This document shows, piece by piece, positions 12,854-27,775 of a stretch of DNA of 64,000 nucleotides; position 1 is the stretch's first letter; the number at the start of each line of letters is the position of its first letter. The translations under genes and the position numbers were made by a program. The notes under the pieces are model-generated. The model was not told the origin of the DNA and did no database searches. It saw only the letters and a list, made by a program, of their open reading frames with translations. This stretch comes from the human T2T-CHM13v2.0 reference genome, Homo sapiens: the NCBI RefSeq assembly GCF_009914755.1, contig NC_060935.1; one strand, given 5' to 3'.

Positions 12854-13859
12854 TACGTAATCTAATTGAATCCTTTACCAACCATCAAAGTATTTGCCTA
12901 TTTTATAGATGAGGAAACTGAGGCTTACAGCAGGGCTCTTCCACAGACTAACCGGATAAACTTGGGAAGGTTACTTAACTTCTCAGGCCTCTGAGGGTGA
13001 TCATTTCCATGAGGACTTTTCTCATGGCCAGATCGTGTCCTTTCCATGTAAACGACCCCCTGACTTTATCCGAATGTTAATCCATGTCCCTTTTTTTCTG
13101 CTGCCCATTACTAGTACCGTATCAGCTCAGATTTATGATCTGCCAGCTGTGTTGTGATTAGATGTCATCCCTGTCTTTCTATTACTCCGATATTGATAGA
13201 TAAAATTCTGTGGTGATGCATCGCCTGCCCTTTCAAAGGTTACTGCCAGCAGATGCTAGGAATCAATACAGTTCTTATCTGTCACAAACCACAAGAAAAG
13301 CATGGCAAACAAGGCTCAATGAAAGGCCTGTGAACAGGTCAAAGAGGGAACTCCGAGATGCACTCTGCCACCAGCTCTGTTTCCCGACCTACTCCAGAAC
13401 CCAGCTTTGTTGGATCTCAACTGTCTAAGATTTGGGCCCTATAGCTTAGAGCCAGGCCCAGAGTCCAAAACCATCTTTGGTGAACCTTGTCATGGACACT
13501 GGCAGCCAAAACCAAGAAGCTAAAACTCTACTTTTATTATAACGTGTTACCAAGATCAATAAGATATCTGAGTTCTTTGGAGCAAGTACTAAAGAAATCT
13601 AAGGTTTCCTTTTCTCCCTCCGTCTCTCAAATCTAAGGAGATGTAGCAGTTCACATATACTTTTCCTTTCCTCCAACCATCTTTCAAATAGGAAGAGTCC
13701 TACTTTAGGGGAAAATGAAGATAAGAAGCACAATCATTTTTATTTTTAGATGATTGTAGCTCAAAGCATAAAGAAAAACAAATGGTAGTCATAGGTGCCC
13801 TAGAAAGCTTTTAATTTTTTTAAAGAACATGAAAAAGAGAAAAATGTTAACTTTCCAAC

Positions 13860-14461
<602 letters not shown>

Positions 14462-14780
14462 AACTTTTTGTTTTTTTTAAAGGAAAGAGGTGCTTAATCT
14501 ACAGATGAAAGCAGAGCTACGGTCTCTACCTCTCTGTTAGGAGTCTACTTCCTTAACGTTCGGTATAGCCCAAGAGGAGCTAAAGAAGGAGCTTTCCTCC
14601 AAACACTGTCCAAGCAGAAATCCTGCCATCTAAAGATCTCATCCTGAACTCTTCAGCATCGTTTTCTCCCTCTGTAACTCCTGGCTCCATGCCCTTCCCA
14701 CCTCATTTCACTTTAGCTCTAGCCTTCTCCTTTGCTCAGTCCTGTCTCCATCTCTGAGATAATGGCTCTTAACCCTCTCT

Positions 14781-15125
<345 letters not shown>

Positions 15126-15477
15126 TAGTCCCAGGACAGTCTCTAATGATCCAATGTGCAGAGAGTAAGACAGGTAGAGCTCAACACTCTAAGAAATGGT
15201 TCCCTTCCGTGGTTTGTATCAGGTAATATGTCACATCATACATATTGGTTGTACGCTGGATGTAACAGAACTCTCAATGGTTGTATCATACTGTATCAGG
15301 TAATATGTGGCCAGTGGGCCTCTCTATCTTTGTGCCTGGTGGCCTGAATGGCCGAGGCCTGGCCAGTTTTCAGAATAATGAGGAGGTATAATTGCTAACA
15401 AGACATTAGGTCAAATGGCTACATGAGAATGACCGACACTGATTGATGAGGGGCTGTGCTTGTTTACTGAGTCATAA

Positions 15478-15829
<352 letters not shown>

Positions 15830-16638
15830 TACCTCCAGGTGCTCTTAATCAGACCTTTGGTAGGTACCTTTTTGGGAATTTGCAATGTAGAGTCTACCCA
15901 CTTGTTACATAGGCCAAGTGCTTCTCAATGCCTGAGACTTACAAGCTGTAAGAGAGCCTACCATGAGGTAGGCTAAATGTCATGAGGGTACACCTATTAT
16001 GGGCACAATGTTTCTTCCTATATAAAACCATCAAAGATGTTATTTAAAAACATATTGAGAAATGGTATACAAAAATAATGCTAACATGAAATTATTATTT
16101 AGCTACACAGGGAGACCTAGACTAGCTTTCCTGAGCTCTGATTCTCATTTCAATTAGAGCATCTGTTACTGAACCCATACATTAAGAGTCCCAGGACCTC
16201 TGTACCACTACTTCTTAGAATTAATGCCTCTCTCAAAAATTAACACAGGGCAATTTCATTCTAATTATAAAAATTATATAGTCATGGTAGAAAAAGTAAA
16301 ACAAAGTAGTATAAACAAATCCCACAATCCCATAACTCTGAGATAAGGATTAATATTTTAGTGTATTCCTTTTTCATTTTCATATGTTGAAGGGGTGTAT
16401 GTGTGCAATGTGCACATCTACATAAATTCTGTAATTTTAATTACTATCTTATGTGTCCGTCATATAGGAATACGAGAAGTCATTTCACTGTCTCCTTTTT
16501 GTTTTATATTTACATTGTTTCTAAGTTTCTTTTTCTGAAAATGTTACATTGAAAAGACTTTTGTAAAAATATTTGTTCTTGTTTCAGCCTATTTAGAAAA
16601 CATCTTTTTAACATCAAAAATTTCATGCACTCCAATAA

Positions 16639-16924
<286 letters not shown>

Positions 16925-17294
16925 AAAGATATTTTTACGATTCAGTTTTTTTAAATCACAGCAGCATGTATATATTTTGTGTCACACTTTTTTTGTCTTT
17001 TTTTTTTTTTTCCTGCTAAGGAAAACTCAAAGTAACAAATGATTCCAACCCAAAGGGATTTGAGACCCCTTTACTCCTTATAAAAACTCTGTGTTACCAA
17101 CTAGGATTTTATGGATACATATAAACAACTTATGCTATTCTTACTTTTAAAGCACTCACTTTCAAGGCATTTAGAATCTAAAAGGATGAAATCAACTTCA
17201 AAATGTAAGTCATAAGTATGTTCGTCCCATAGAAAACACTGAACACACTTTAAATGAAAGATTAAACAATAGGCTTACTTATATTACAAAGGCT

Positions 17295-17600
17295 GATCAG
17301 GGAGCCTTTTGTGGTCTCCCACGACTAGGTTAAGTGCCTCTCCTGTGTGTTTCCATAAGCACCTCACTTGTCCTGTTTCAGCACTTATTCAAACCTCTGC
17401 ATGCCACCCTAGGCTGTGATACAGTTAAAAGCAAGCGATGAACAAATATCTCCTCTGAACCAGGCATTGCGTACCAAGCTCTGCAAAGCCGTAGTGGATG
17501 CTTATTTTCTTTGTTGGTACTGTGTCTGGCAACAAATACTTCTTGAGTGAACAAATGAATGAACAAATGAATCAATAAATGAATGAGTTGATAAATGAGG
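17295..17600 (+). mobile_element. L2 3' end
   Basis: ctaggttaagtgcctctcctgtgtgtttccataagcac... ending in a degenerate (TGAA)n tail. Confidence 0.65.
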
Positions 17601-17659
17601 ATTCATTTTAGGGTTTCTTCACCTAAGCTTTTCTATGCCCTTGATGGGTCTTTTTTTTT

Positions 17660-18560
17660 TTCTTTAAACATTTTATTTTGAAATACCTAAAGGCTTACAG
17701 AAAAGTTGCAAAAATAATGCAAAAAGTTATCATAAAGCCTTCTTCATCCACCTTCTCCTAATGTTAACATCTTATTTAGCTGTGGTACAGTTACAAAAAC
17801 TAAGAGATGAATGTTGGTACAACACTGCATGATTGTGACAGTTTGAAGAGTACCGGTCAGCTATTTTGTAGACTGTCCCTCAATCTGGGTTTGTTTCATG
17901 CTTTCTCATGATAACACCGAGGTTATGAATTTGGGGAAGAATGCCACGGAGGCGACGCGCCCCTTCATTGCATCATATCATGAGGTACATGACGTCAAAG
18001 TCTTACTATTGGTGACATTAACCTTGATCCATCGGTCAAGGTGATGTATGCCAGGTTTCTCCACTGAAAAATTATGACTTTTACCTTTCCAGAGTCTGTT
18101 CATTGGAATTGGAGTCACTGACATCCAGCTCATCCTCACAATGAGGGGAATTTATCCTCATCTCCTAAGAGGGAGCAGTATTAAAGAATTTGTAGATATA
18201 TGTGTATGTTAAAACCACCAGAGGAATTAATAAATATTTGGGGGAAAATACTTGGAGGCTGTGAAACTATCATGTTTCTCCTTAAACTTTCACTTGTTAA
18301 TTTTAGCATCCACTAGTGGATCTTGTCTGCAGAAATTACTTCAGTGTTCAAGTGGTAACATTTTTATTTCTTTCACTCCTTAAATTGAAATTCTTCTGTA
18401 AGGAAGACATTTGTCTTTCCTCCCATTTATTTATTCAGTAATTTAATTATATCAGTATGGACTCATGGATATTTATTTTGTTCTTTGGTTTATAATCCAA
18501 TACTATCATTACTAATATTTTTGTTCAAATTCTTTCACCTTTGACCATTGCGAGTTCTTT
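17660..18560 (-). mobile_element. L1MC4/L1MC5-like 3' region
   Basis: acattttattttgaaata...acagaaaagttgcaaaaata; ctattttgtagactgtccctcaatctgggtttg; gccaggtttctccactg resemble the old L1MC 3' UTR. Confidence 0.78.
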
Positions 18561-19454
18561 CTGTTATATCCAGCATAACAGAATTAAGAATTAAGGAGAA
18601 CTTAAAACTAAGTTATCAAGAACCACTGTAAACAGAAACAGGCAAACAATGAAAAGGGAAGAACAGAAAATGAGTTAATTGAACATTTTATGACAAGATT
18701 TTTAGGAAAAGATAGAGGAATAGTAGTACGTTGTTTCAAAATAAGAACAACGATAGCAAAAGAGCTGAGAATCTGCTATAGTACTATGTCTATATATATC
18801 TTTTCTGATTCCAGTGTGACAGTTTACATTCACAGAAGGCAGCTGGGTGGTGAGGTCCCTGTAATAAGAGGAGGAAGATGAGATCGAGAGTCAAATTCTA
18901 ACAGACTCAGATGCTCCCTGCAGACTGCTGCCTCCACCCCGTATGTTTAAATACTACTCAATTAGGATCAACATTCATTTTTTATTAATGCTCTTCTGAG
19001 ACAATGGCTCTTTTATCTGCATTTTATCTTCCAGCTACATTAAGACCAAGGACACTCTCACAGAAGATCTAAAGGAGGAGACCCTGATGAATTGGGAGTT
19101 TAAAATACAAACGGAACTTCCTTTGTCAGTCTTGACTTGTTTTATTAACATCTGAAGGTTGATTTATAACAGATTACCAAGCAGGAGAGAACTGTTTGTC
19201 CAATCACTTTACTTAACACACACAATTAGAAAAAACAAACATTCAAAAATGTTTCCTTTCTGTGGGCTAATGGATGGCACATTCAGTTCTAAAATAGTCA
19301 CTTCCATCTCTGTCATCTATTGTAGCAACCAAGGACAGGTGTACCCTATCTCAAGACCACAGAAAAACATTCTCTGCAAAAATGAAGGTTTCAGAGACCT
19401 AGTTTTTCCATGAACACAACAAAAGCTCCTGTACAAGGATATTTGTGCTGATGA

Positions 19455-19680
19455 TGAGAGCTCTGGTGGTGGAACCAGATGGAGCTAGACTCAAATCCTG
19501 TTTCAACTTGTATAAGCTTTGTGACCTTGAGTAAGTTATTTAACCTAAGCCTCCATTTTGTCATCTATAAAAATGGAAATATTAAGAACCATTGTAACTG
19601 ATGCGAGGATGAAACGAGACAATGAACGTGCTGTTTGACATTATAAGGATTCAATAAACAGCAGCTATCATATGACAATC
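19455..19680 (+). mobile_element. MIR SINE
   Basis: tgtgaccttgagtaagttatttaacctaagcctccattttgtcatctataaaaatgg core. Confidence 0.8.
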
Positions 19681-20759
19681 ATGATGATTTCTCTTACTAT
19701 CCTTCTTTCCACACCTACACAAGAGAACAAGCTGGAATCGGGTGGGAATGGGGAAGGAGAGTCTACTGCCTGACCCCATTTACTAAACAAGGGTGCCATG
19801 AAGGTAAGTGAACAACACCACAGTATTTCTCCATCTCTTTGGTGGGACACACGCACACACTCAAACCATTATATTAGGAATGAAAAGTCTGTTAGCATTA
19901 AGAAAAATATAAGGCATTCACTAGGCTATGTTTGCTCTCGAAATATTGTTTACTGGACTGCCTCCCACCTACCACATGCCCCTCCCCTTCTTGAATATAC
20001 ACACTTACATCAGGAAAACAGTTTTCTGCCTGCCTGTTTTTAAAACCAAGGAATCATAACATCTCCCTATTTTTAGGAATTCAATACCAATACTGAAATT
20101 TCCCCTTTTCTCATGAGGAAAGGAAAGAAGTGACTTTAACCTCTAAGAGAGAAGGAACCTGGGTGTTGTGTTCATGGTGGTTTCTCCAGTGCCTAGACCA
20201 GTATCTGGCCCTTAGTCTTCCTGGGCCTCTGGCTTCTGGTCTATAAGATACAGGCTATGCCAAATCTGGGAACCTTGGGCAGTGCATTCTTGCTGTTGTA
20301 TTTCCTTTATATTCTAGCTTTTCATTACTCAGCTATTTAGCCCTGCCTCTATCCACACAGAAAACGCTTTTGGTATGTATTTCTCATATTTTTACGTGCT
20401 CCAGTGTTCATCCCTCATAAAATCATGGAAAAGTTTCCCTGTCTCCACCATTGAATACACCTACCTGTGTTGTAAACACAAACACTACTTCTACAATACA
20501 GGTTGTCTAATCTGTATTTGGGACCAGTAGTTCACTGGGTTAATCCAAAAGAATGACTTATGGTGGGAAATCATAAAAAGAGATACACACATGCCATAAA
20601 CATTTTGACTTAAAATATATGGCTGTACATTCATTTAATCTTTTGGTGTAAAGTCCAGGTCTTTTCTCACCACCCCTCCCCTCTCAGGTCTTTTCTTTGA
20701 GGTGGTTTGTTAATCAATGAAATGGATAATTGGTAACCATGTAGCTCAATTAGGAGGAC

Positions 20760-20941
20760 AGTAGTCCCCAGTGGTCATTCCTGGACCACAGCCTCACATC
20801 ATGAGGAAGCTTGTTAGAAATGCAAACTCTTGGGTGTCCTTTCGGGTTGAATGCGTCAGAAACCGTAGAAGTGGGGCCCAACAATGTCTTAATAAGCCTT
20901 CCAGATGATTCTGAGGCCTCCTGAAGTTTGAGAACCACCGT
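20760..20941. mobile_element. MER5A-family DNA transposon
   Basis: gcttgttagaaatgcaaactcttggg...gtggggcccaacaatgtcttaataagccttccagatgattctga...aagtttgagaaccac. Confidence 0.82.
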
Positions 20942-22520
20942 GGTAAGAGATGAGTTACGAAGGTGTGCAAAGGCAGCCTTACCCGCCAGCATTCAGTGTG
21001 CTGTGGGCATCAGCCAGTAGGATTTCCAGAGGGGCTGGACTGCACCAGTTATTCCAGGGAGCTGCTTATTGTGCTCAAAACAAAGGTAATATTACTCAGC
21101 CATGTCTTAACATTAGGTGGCTTTGACAGATGTTACTCATAGCAGTGAAATGTAACATTTTGAAGCATAAACCAGCATTTACAATGCTCAATTGTTCTAG
21201 AATACTATAACTTTTTCAGCTAGGATCTCTGTGCAGCACTCCTGTGCTACTGCCTGGGGCCTGCTGGAGTGCCATGTCTGCATTATGACAGTGAGAGCCC
21301 CGTGGGAGTGCTGGGTTCACAGGCCATCAGCCACGCAGGACTGGGCCACAGAGGAGGTTCAGTACCTCTCCATGAAGCAAGATGTACACTGAGTGTTGTC
21401 TTCCACATTTACCAACTTAATGCTTGTTCTATGCCAGCCAACAAATAGCAATCTTTCTTCTACTACTTAATTTATAGCCACATGAGTATAAGCATTTCCT
21501 GGGTTCTTTTATCATTCATAACTTTGTTCTGTCAGTAATATCTGTCATTCCGTGCAGCTCAGTAAGCTCTTTCAAACCCAAGATATCTATATTTCTAAAT
21601 GGAATCTGAGATGAATTTTGATAAACATGCATTCTGTATCTTAATAAAAAAGGGATTTTCCCCCTTAACTACCTGCATATATAAATGTTTAAAAAGTTTC
21701 TGAAACCTGCCTTTGCATTAGGTGAAAATTCAATGTCAATATTAAAAATACACAAAACTAGGAAATTGTTTTAACCGTGATGTGATAAATAATAAATCAG
21801 AATACAAGTTACTCTGCGATTATGGGTTTTCTCCATTCTTTAAGCTTCTTGCCTGTTGCACATGAGTAGATCGACAGCCCTTTAACAATTATGCACTGCA
21901 GCAATCTTGTTAGGGCTTGATAAAACACTGTTACTGTCTTTGTCCCTGCCATGCAAAGATGCTATAGTAAAAGCTATGATGTACCAAGCTGCCATGCACT
22001 GAGGTGATGTACCCAAACAAGAAAGTTCAAAGCAAAATTCCAGCGGGTTAAATGTCAGTTTGAGTGCTTGAGGGCAAATGTAGGAGGTACAACCCAAATA
22101 TTACTTTCTTTGTAGGCAACGCTCCACAATTATAGCTCAGACAAACTTTCGATTTGTTTGGCTGGCTAGCACACCATGCACTCTTTTGGATGCTAATGTA
22201 TTTCAGGTGCTGAGCCTTTTCCACAAGCCAAGAGCTTCATTTTTAGCAGCCGTATTCTCAGACGAGGCCAGCCAGTGTGCTATCTCCTTGAGGGATATTT
22301 ACTTACATATTCAGTTCAAATTTACAGTGCCTGGCTTGCGAATGAAATGCCACTTAGGAAGAGAATGCCATACCATTGTGGGAGATAAATCAAACAACCA
22401 CTTCTTATTTTAGCACACGCTGGAAATCACACATTTCTAAAGCAGTATGTAGGTTATCTGCACAACAGAAACATGGTCCACCCCTTTCAGTACATTTCCC
22501 TGGCTACTACACAAACTAAC

Positions 22521-22570
22521 CTAAAATTGCTTTCTTTTTTTTTTTTTTTTTTTTCTAAAATTGCTTTCTT
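22521..22570 (-). mobile_element. Poly(A)-only retrotransposition-like insertion with 14-16 bp TSD
   Basis: CTAAAATTGCTTTC (22521-22534) + T20 (22535-22554) + CTAAAATTGCTTTC (22555-22568). Confidence 0.7.
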
Positions 22571-25500
22571 CGGCAAAAGTCTCTTTACTGAAGAAACCAA
22601 TTAACCCCTTTGGTTCCTTTAAAAAATATGACGAATATAAGGCAACATGGCTGGGTGGACAGTTTAACCTCCGAGAAGGACACGTGCAAAAGAACTCAGA
22701 TTCAGGAACAGCCCCCTTGGAGGTCAGAATGATATTTATGACACGGTCACCGGGCTGAATTCAAACCTCAAGGGAATGAAAGTGAGTAAATAGGGTTCGT
22801 CTTGTTAGCAAAAGGATTATTTACTTCTGAGAATATATCGTTAACACATCCCAGGCTCAGAGAAGCAGTGGTTTCACACAGCTGCTCGCTTCTGCTGATG
22901 ATGGCACTGAATCATCTCCAGTAAGTCTTTACGAAGAATTGTTTTTCCAGTAGTGTTGATGGGTTTGCATTGAATCATTCACACCACTGGCCTTGTAGCC
23001 AACAGCCCACATATTTGTGACGCAGCTGGCTTGGGGTAAGAGAGTGCCCAGAATTATTAGCTATAGATAACTACTAACAATTCAGAGATATTCTGTGTCC
23101 TTAGAAGAACATTCTTGATTTTTTACACTTGAGCTTCTTCAGTTTGGCCACTGTACTAAAGTATTTGCAGACTTTGGGATATGCATTTCAGCCTGTGAGG
23201 TGGAAAGGTTGCTGGACAATGCTAGAGGCTTGTTTTCAGGTCATCCTTTTCAGGCAAGGAAAAAACCAATCCTCACCACCACAACCAAATCTCTATCTGC
23301 ACTCTTCAGATTTCTCCTCATTAAGTCTTAAAGCTACCTATTTGTACTAGGAAAAGGGCCACAGAAGTTCTCAGGCTCTGTGCTCAATAAAAAAAGCCAC
23401 AGGTCCTTGAAGCAGGGAAAGGACCCTACCCCAGCTCAGTGCTCTGGAAGCACTATTGAGGGTAACCAGAGCAGGGCCCAGCACTGCCTCCATTTATTGC
23501 CTGCAGATTTTCTTCTTTGCTTTCTTGATGAAACTGTCAATCTTCATAATGGTGTTAGCAATCACAGGGATGTGCTGCGAAGCGGCTTTAAAGGCATCTG
23601 ATAAAGAGAAAACCTGTGCTCTCCCGTTCCTGAGCCCCTCTTTAGAGTCAGTTACCAGTGATAAGGTTGGGCATTCTGACTTGTACAGAGTACAAGGAAT
23701 TTGACTTGGCAAGTCAAACTGCCACCACCTCAACAGAATGAGTGGGGCTGCAGAGCTGCCGTCTTTTCAGTTCGACACACAGGTGGAACTTGACATCACC
23801 ATATTGCGCTCTTCTGGTTGGCTACGTGGCCCAGCAGGAGGTAAACATGCTTGGGTGTCACATAGGGACCAGTGGGCTTTTTGGATCCCATAGTTCGAAG
23901 TATTTCTCTCCTCGGCCATAGCTTCTAGACTGGACTCCCAGGAACAATGGTTTCTATAAATGAGTGTGGCCTGGTGCAACTTCAGCGCTCCAATCTAAGT
24001 GTACAATCCACATGCTGTCATTCAAGCAAATCCAGACTAACCCAGTGGCCCACACTTGCTCTTGTGAAAACACACATGGCAGGATAGAGGCCCCAAGGGG
24101 TCATCAGAGTTCCCCAACTCTCTAAATTCCCCCAAATCAACATCAGAGACAAGCTACCGACCTGAGAGAGTCTGCTGTTTCTTCCCAGAGCAATTCCACA
24201 CCAGCAGCTTACCCAAGCCAAGTGGGCAAATTATCAAACTGCAGCACGCTTCGATGCCCTCTTTGTAGGCCCTCCATTTCCGTTATTCAGGACTCCTGAA
24301 TTGCAAACCATTCAAGGACAAAATGAGGTTTATGCTCCCAATTAGTTATTCTTGAAAACTAGGAGCTGTACTACACATTAAAAAAGGAAAACTGCTCAGT
24401 ACATACTCTGTGGGGGCCTCCAAACAGCAGGTGATTCCATACACCATACGTGATTCAACATTTAAAGGCACCAAGGGGAGTAGAGGACAGGGTTGGAGCT
24501 TCAACTCTGACTCCAAACCACAGAAGCCAGGAAATTCAGATCAGAATTGCAAAGTTATATGAGATTTCATATACCATAATACCCATCAAGTCATGTGACT
24601 TAAAGCATCTGTCACTAGCCTGATATGCTTTCCCTCTGCAAACTGAAAGAATCTTTAGCCATGCCTATTTGTATACATTTGAATTGGAGCACCAAGAAGG
24701 AAAGCTACGTCCCTCTGGATTTGATGAGGCTTTTAAGAACAACCTCTCTACTCCGGTGTCTTAGGAAGAAAGTTGACTGCACCAAAATAGGTCATTTGTC
24801 AAGCGGTTATTTACTGAATTTTTCCTGCTGGAAATTATGCCCTCTGCAAGGAAGGTTTAGGCGACGAAGAGGATTTGTGTAAAAGTGTGCAGGCGTCAAC
24901 TCCCACTATTTCCTTCTCTTCAAATACATCCCAAAAGGGACATGCATTTAAGTAGCACAGCAGGCCAGTATGACCAAAATGACAGCGCTCTTTCCAATTT
25001 AGACTTCTAAAAGAGAATACGCAGACACACAATAACAAAAGCCTTTAGTCTAGATTTCATATCAGACACTTTGATGAATAGTAGCCTAAAGGGCAACATA
25101 TTTATAAGTTTTAAGTCTCTCCTGCAACACAAACTGTCCTGATTTATCCCTATGATAAAGGCAGTTCTGAGAGCTACTTTACCATATTTATTATTTTACA
25201 GAGGGGGAAAAATGTTGATTCAGCCCTCAATCTGCTACTGTTGGAGTTATAAATGTTGGTAACAGACCATTGCTGATGTCTATAAATATCAATCTATTCC
25301 CCATAACTTCTGGGCACCCCCTCCCCTTTTCTTCCAGAACATTTCCTTCTTATTCTTGTTGCAACTACAGGATTTGCTTTATTGGTGAAAACCTTAAAAG
25401 GAAGGAAAGAGTGGCCTCTTTGAAGCCCATCACTGACTGGATAGCTGATGGCCCAGCAAAGCTCCAATTCAATGTTTATTAAAAAGAAAGCTTTACAGAC

Positions 25501-26094
25501 AAATGTTGATACCTCTTCTGTTAAATGATAAATGGGCATTCTTATCTCCCTGTACATATTCCCAACTCTCACCCCCACTCCCAATAAAAACGTTGGTATG
25601 GAATAATATCTAAGGTTATTAAGCTCGTTTATTTAAAATATCCTTCTTACTTTGGCCCTTGAATTCAAGAGAACATTCCCACTTTCTCTAAAATCCAGTC
25701 CACTTGGTTTACAACATGGTTAATAAATCACTTTTGGGATCTACCTCAAGTCACTGCTTATTTCAGCTAACTGTGAACCACTGGGAGTTTATTCATTAGC
25801 AGTATGAAAAACATCTCAACACAACCACCAGATTGTGTTTGTGTACAGTGTCAAAGTGAACTGTTCATTAGCATTTGTAAGAAGCAATCAAGTCACCAAA
25901 GGGTATTAAGCCAACCTGGATGAGGGACAGAGGCTTAGGGACTGATGTGTTAATTCACTCTCCTGGATTAAACATCCGAGATAGGTCCTTAGTACAGCTT
26001 CATCTTTATCAGGCTAAGCATCAGGTTAGAAATGGATGCCCTCTCAGGAAGTAAAGGGTCAAGTTCATTCTTATAGCCACTGCCAAATACTTAA

Positions 26095-26437
<343 letters not shown>

Positions 26438-27574
26438 TAGGATTTTGATCAGTACAGTCAACTAATACTCTATATTGCTATATAATATTTGTGCCCATTA
26501 TAGATGAACACAGGTTACAATCTTTTCTATTCCAAGAAGCATTTATTGGAGGTAGAAATTCTCAAGAGAGACTTTATAATACAAAGAGACTAAGGATTTT
26601 CAGGGCAGTTTTCAGAAGTTTCACTGGTACTATTCTTGGCTAAATTTGAAAAATGCTTGGTATAAACACTACATGTGCTTGTTGGATAGGCAGCCAAAGA
26701 TCCACTGAGATGTGGTATTCCATGTGGATATGCATCTTTAATTAGTCTGAATAGATTTTGTATGTATTCAACATTAATCTATACCACCTGTCCCAGACTA
26801 AAAGCATGAAAATGGTTCTTCCTAATCACTCTTACACAGAAAATTACTCTGTTCCTTCTTCCAATAAATTCTGCAATCTCTCTGGAAGGTCTTAAATGTT
26901 AGTTTAATATCACTTTTTCTGGTTCATTATAGATTTTTTTTTTTTTTAGGAACTTGCAAAGACCATTGCTCTATAATTTTGTTAAAGGCAAAAGAAAGCA
27001 GTTCACAGATGCATTATTAAAATCCCGACCTCAGACACAAGCAAGAATCTCAGTTCTGTGTTTTAATTGTGGTCAATGCATTTCTCATTTCTATTAAGCC
27101 TCTTAGCCAAAGGATTATACTCAGTTGCAACATTTCTCCAAATTGTGCATTCAAGTTCAGAAATCAGTGAACACTCTACTCTTGATTTTTGAGCTAAGAT
27201 GAACAGATTTTTTTTTTGCTTATTATCTAATAGTAATGAGTTCCACATTTATTCAGGTGTATATAAAAACTGTTTTCATATTTTAAAAGAAAAAAAACAT
27301 TAGTTTAATCAGTTAGACCTAACTAGTATACAGCTAGATTATTATGAGTTTAACCTCAAACAAACAAACAAAAACAAACTTTTAACTCTCCAGCATTCCA
27401 TGAGGCTTAGATTTTTAATAGGATCTAACATTAGCAATTTGAAGAGGACAAACTTCATGTTATTCACAAATAATTCCATATTTTTCAGAAATATTGAGAC
27501 TCAAAATAAGATTATTTCTACGATGAAACACTTGAGAAGAGACCTATTTCGATCTAGTTTTATTTCCTGTAAAG

Positions 27575-27775
27575 AAAGGGGAACATCACACTCTGGGGAC
27601 TGTTGTGGGGTGGGGGGAGGGGGGAGGGATAGCATTGGGAGATACACCTAATGCTAGATGACGAGTTAGTGGGTGCAGCACACCAGCATGGCACATGTAT
27701 ACGTATGTAACTAACCTGCACAATGTGCACATGTACCCTAAAACTTAAAGTATAATAAAAAAATTTAAAAAAAAA
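27575..27775 (+). mobile_element. 5'-truncated L1PA2-like 3' UTR
   Basis: aaggggaacatcacactctggggactgttgtgggg...gcattgggaga...gctagatgacGAGttagtggg...cacaatgtgcacatgtaccctaaaacttAaagtataataaa. The GAG and A diagnostics are non-Ta. Confidence 0.93.

Noticed and set aside
22882-22900. gctcgcttc resembling the U6 snRNA 5' end
   Set aside because: Match is only ~10 nt and does not continue.
23771-23840. Possible + strand exon (tcttttcag|...GGAG|gtaaac) and overlapping minus ORF 23767-23979
   Set aside because: Weak donor, 70 nt (not frame-preserving), and no recognisable protein similarity.
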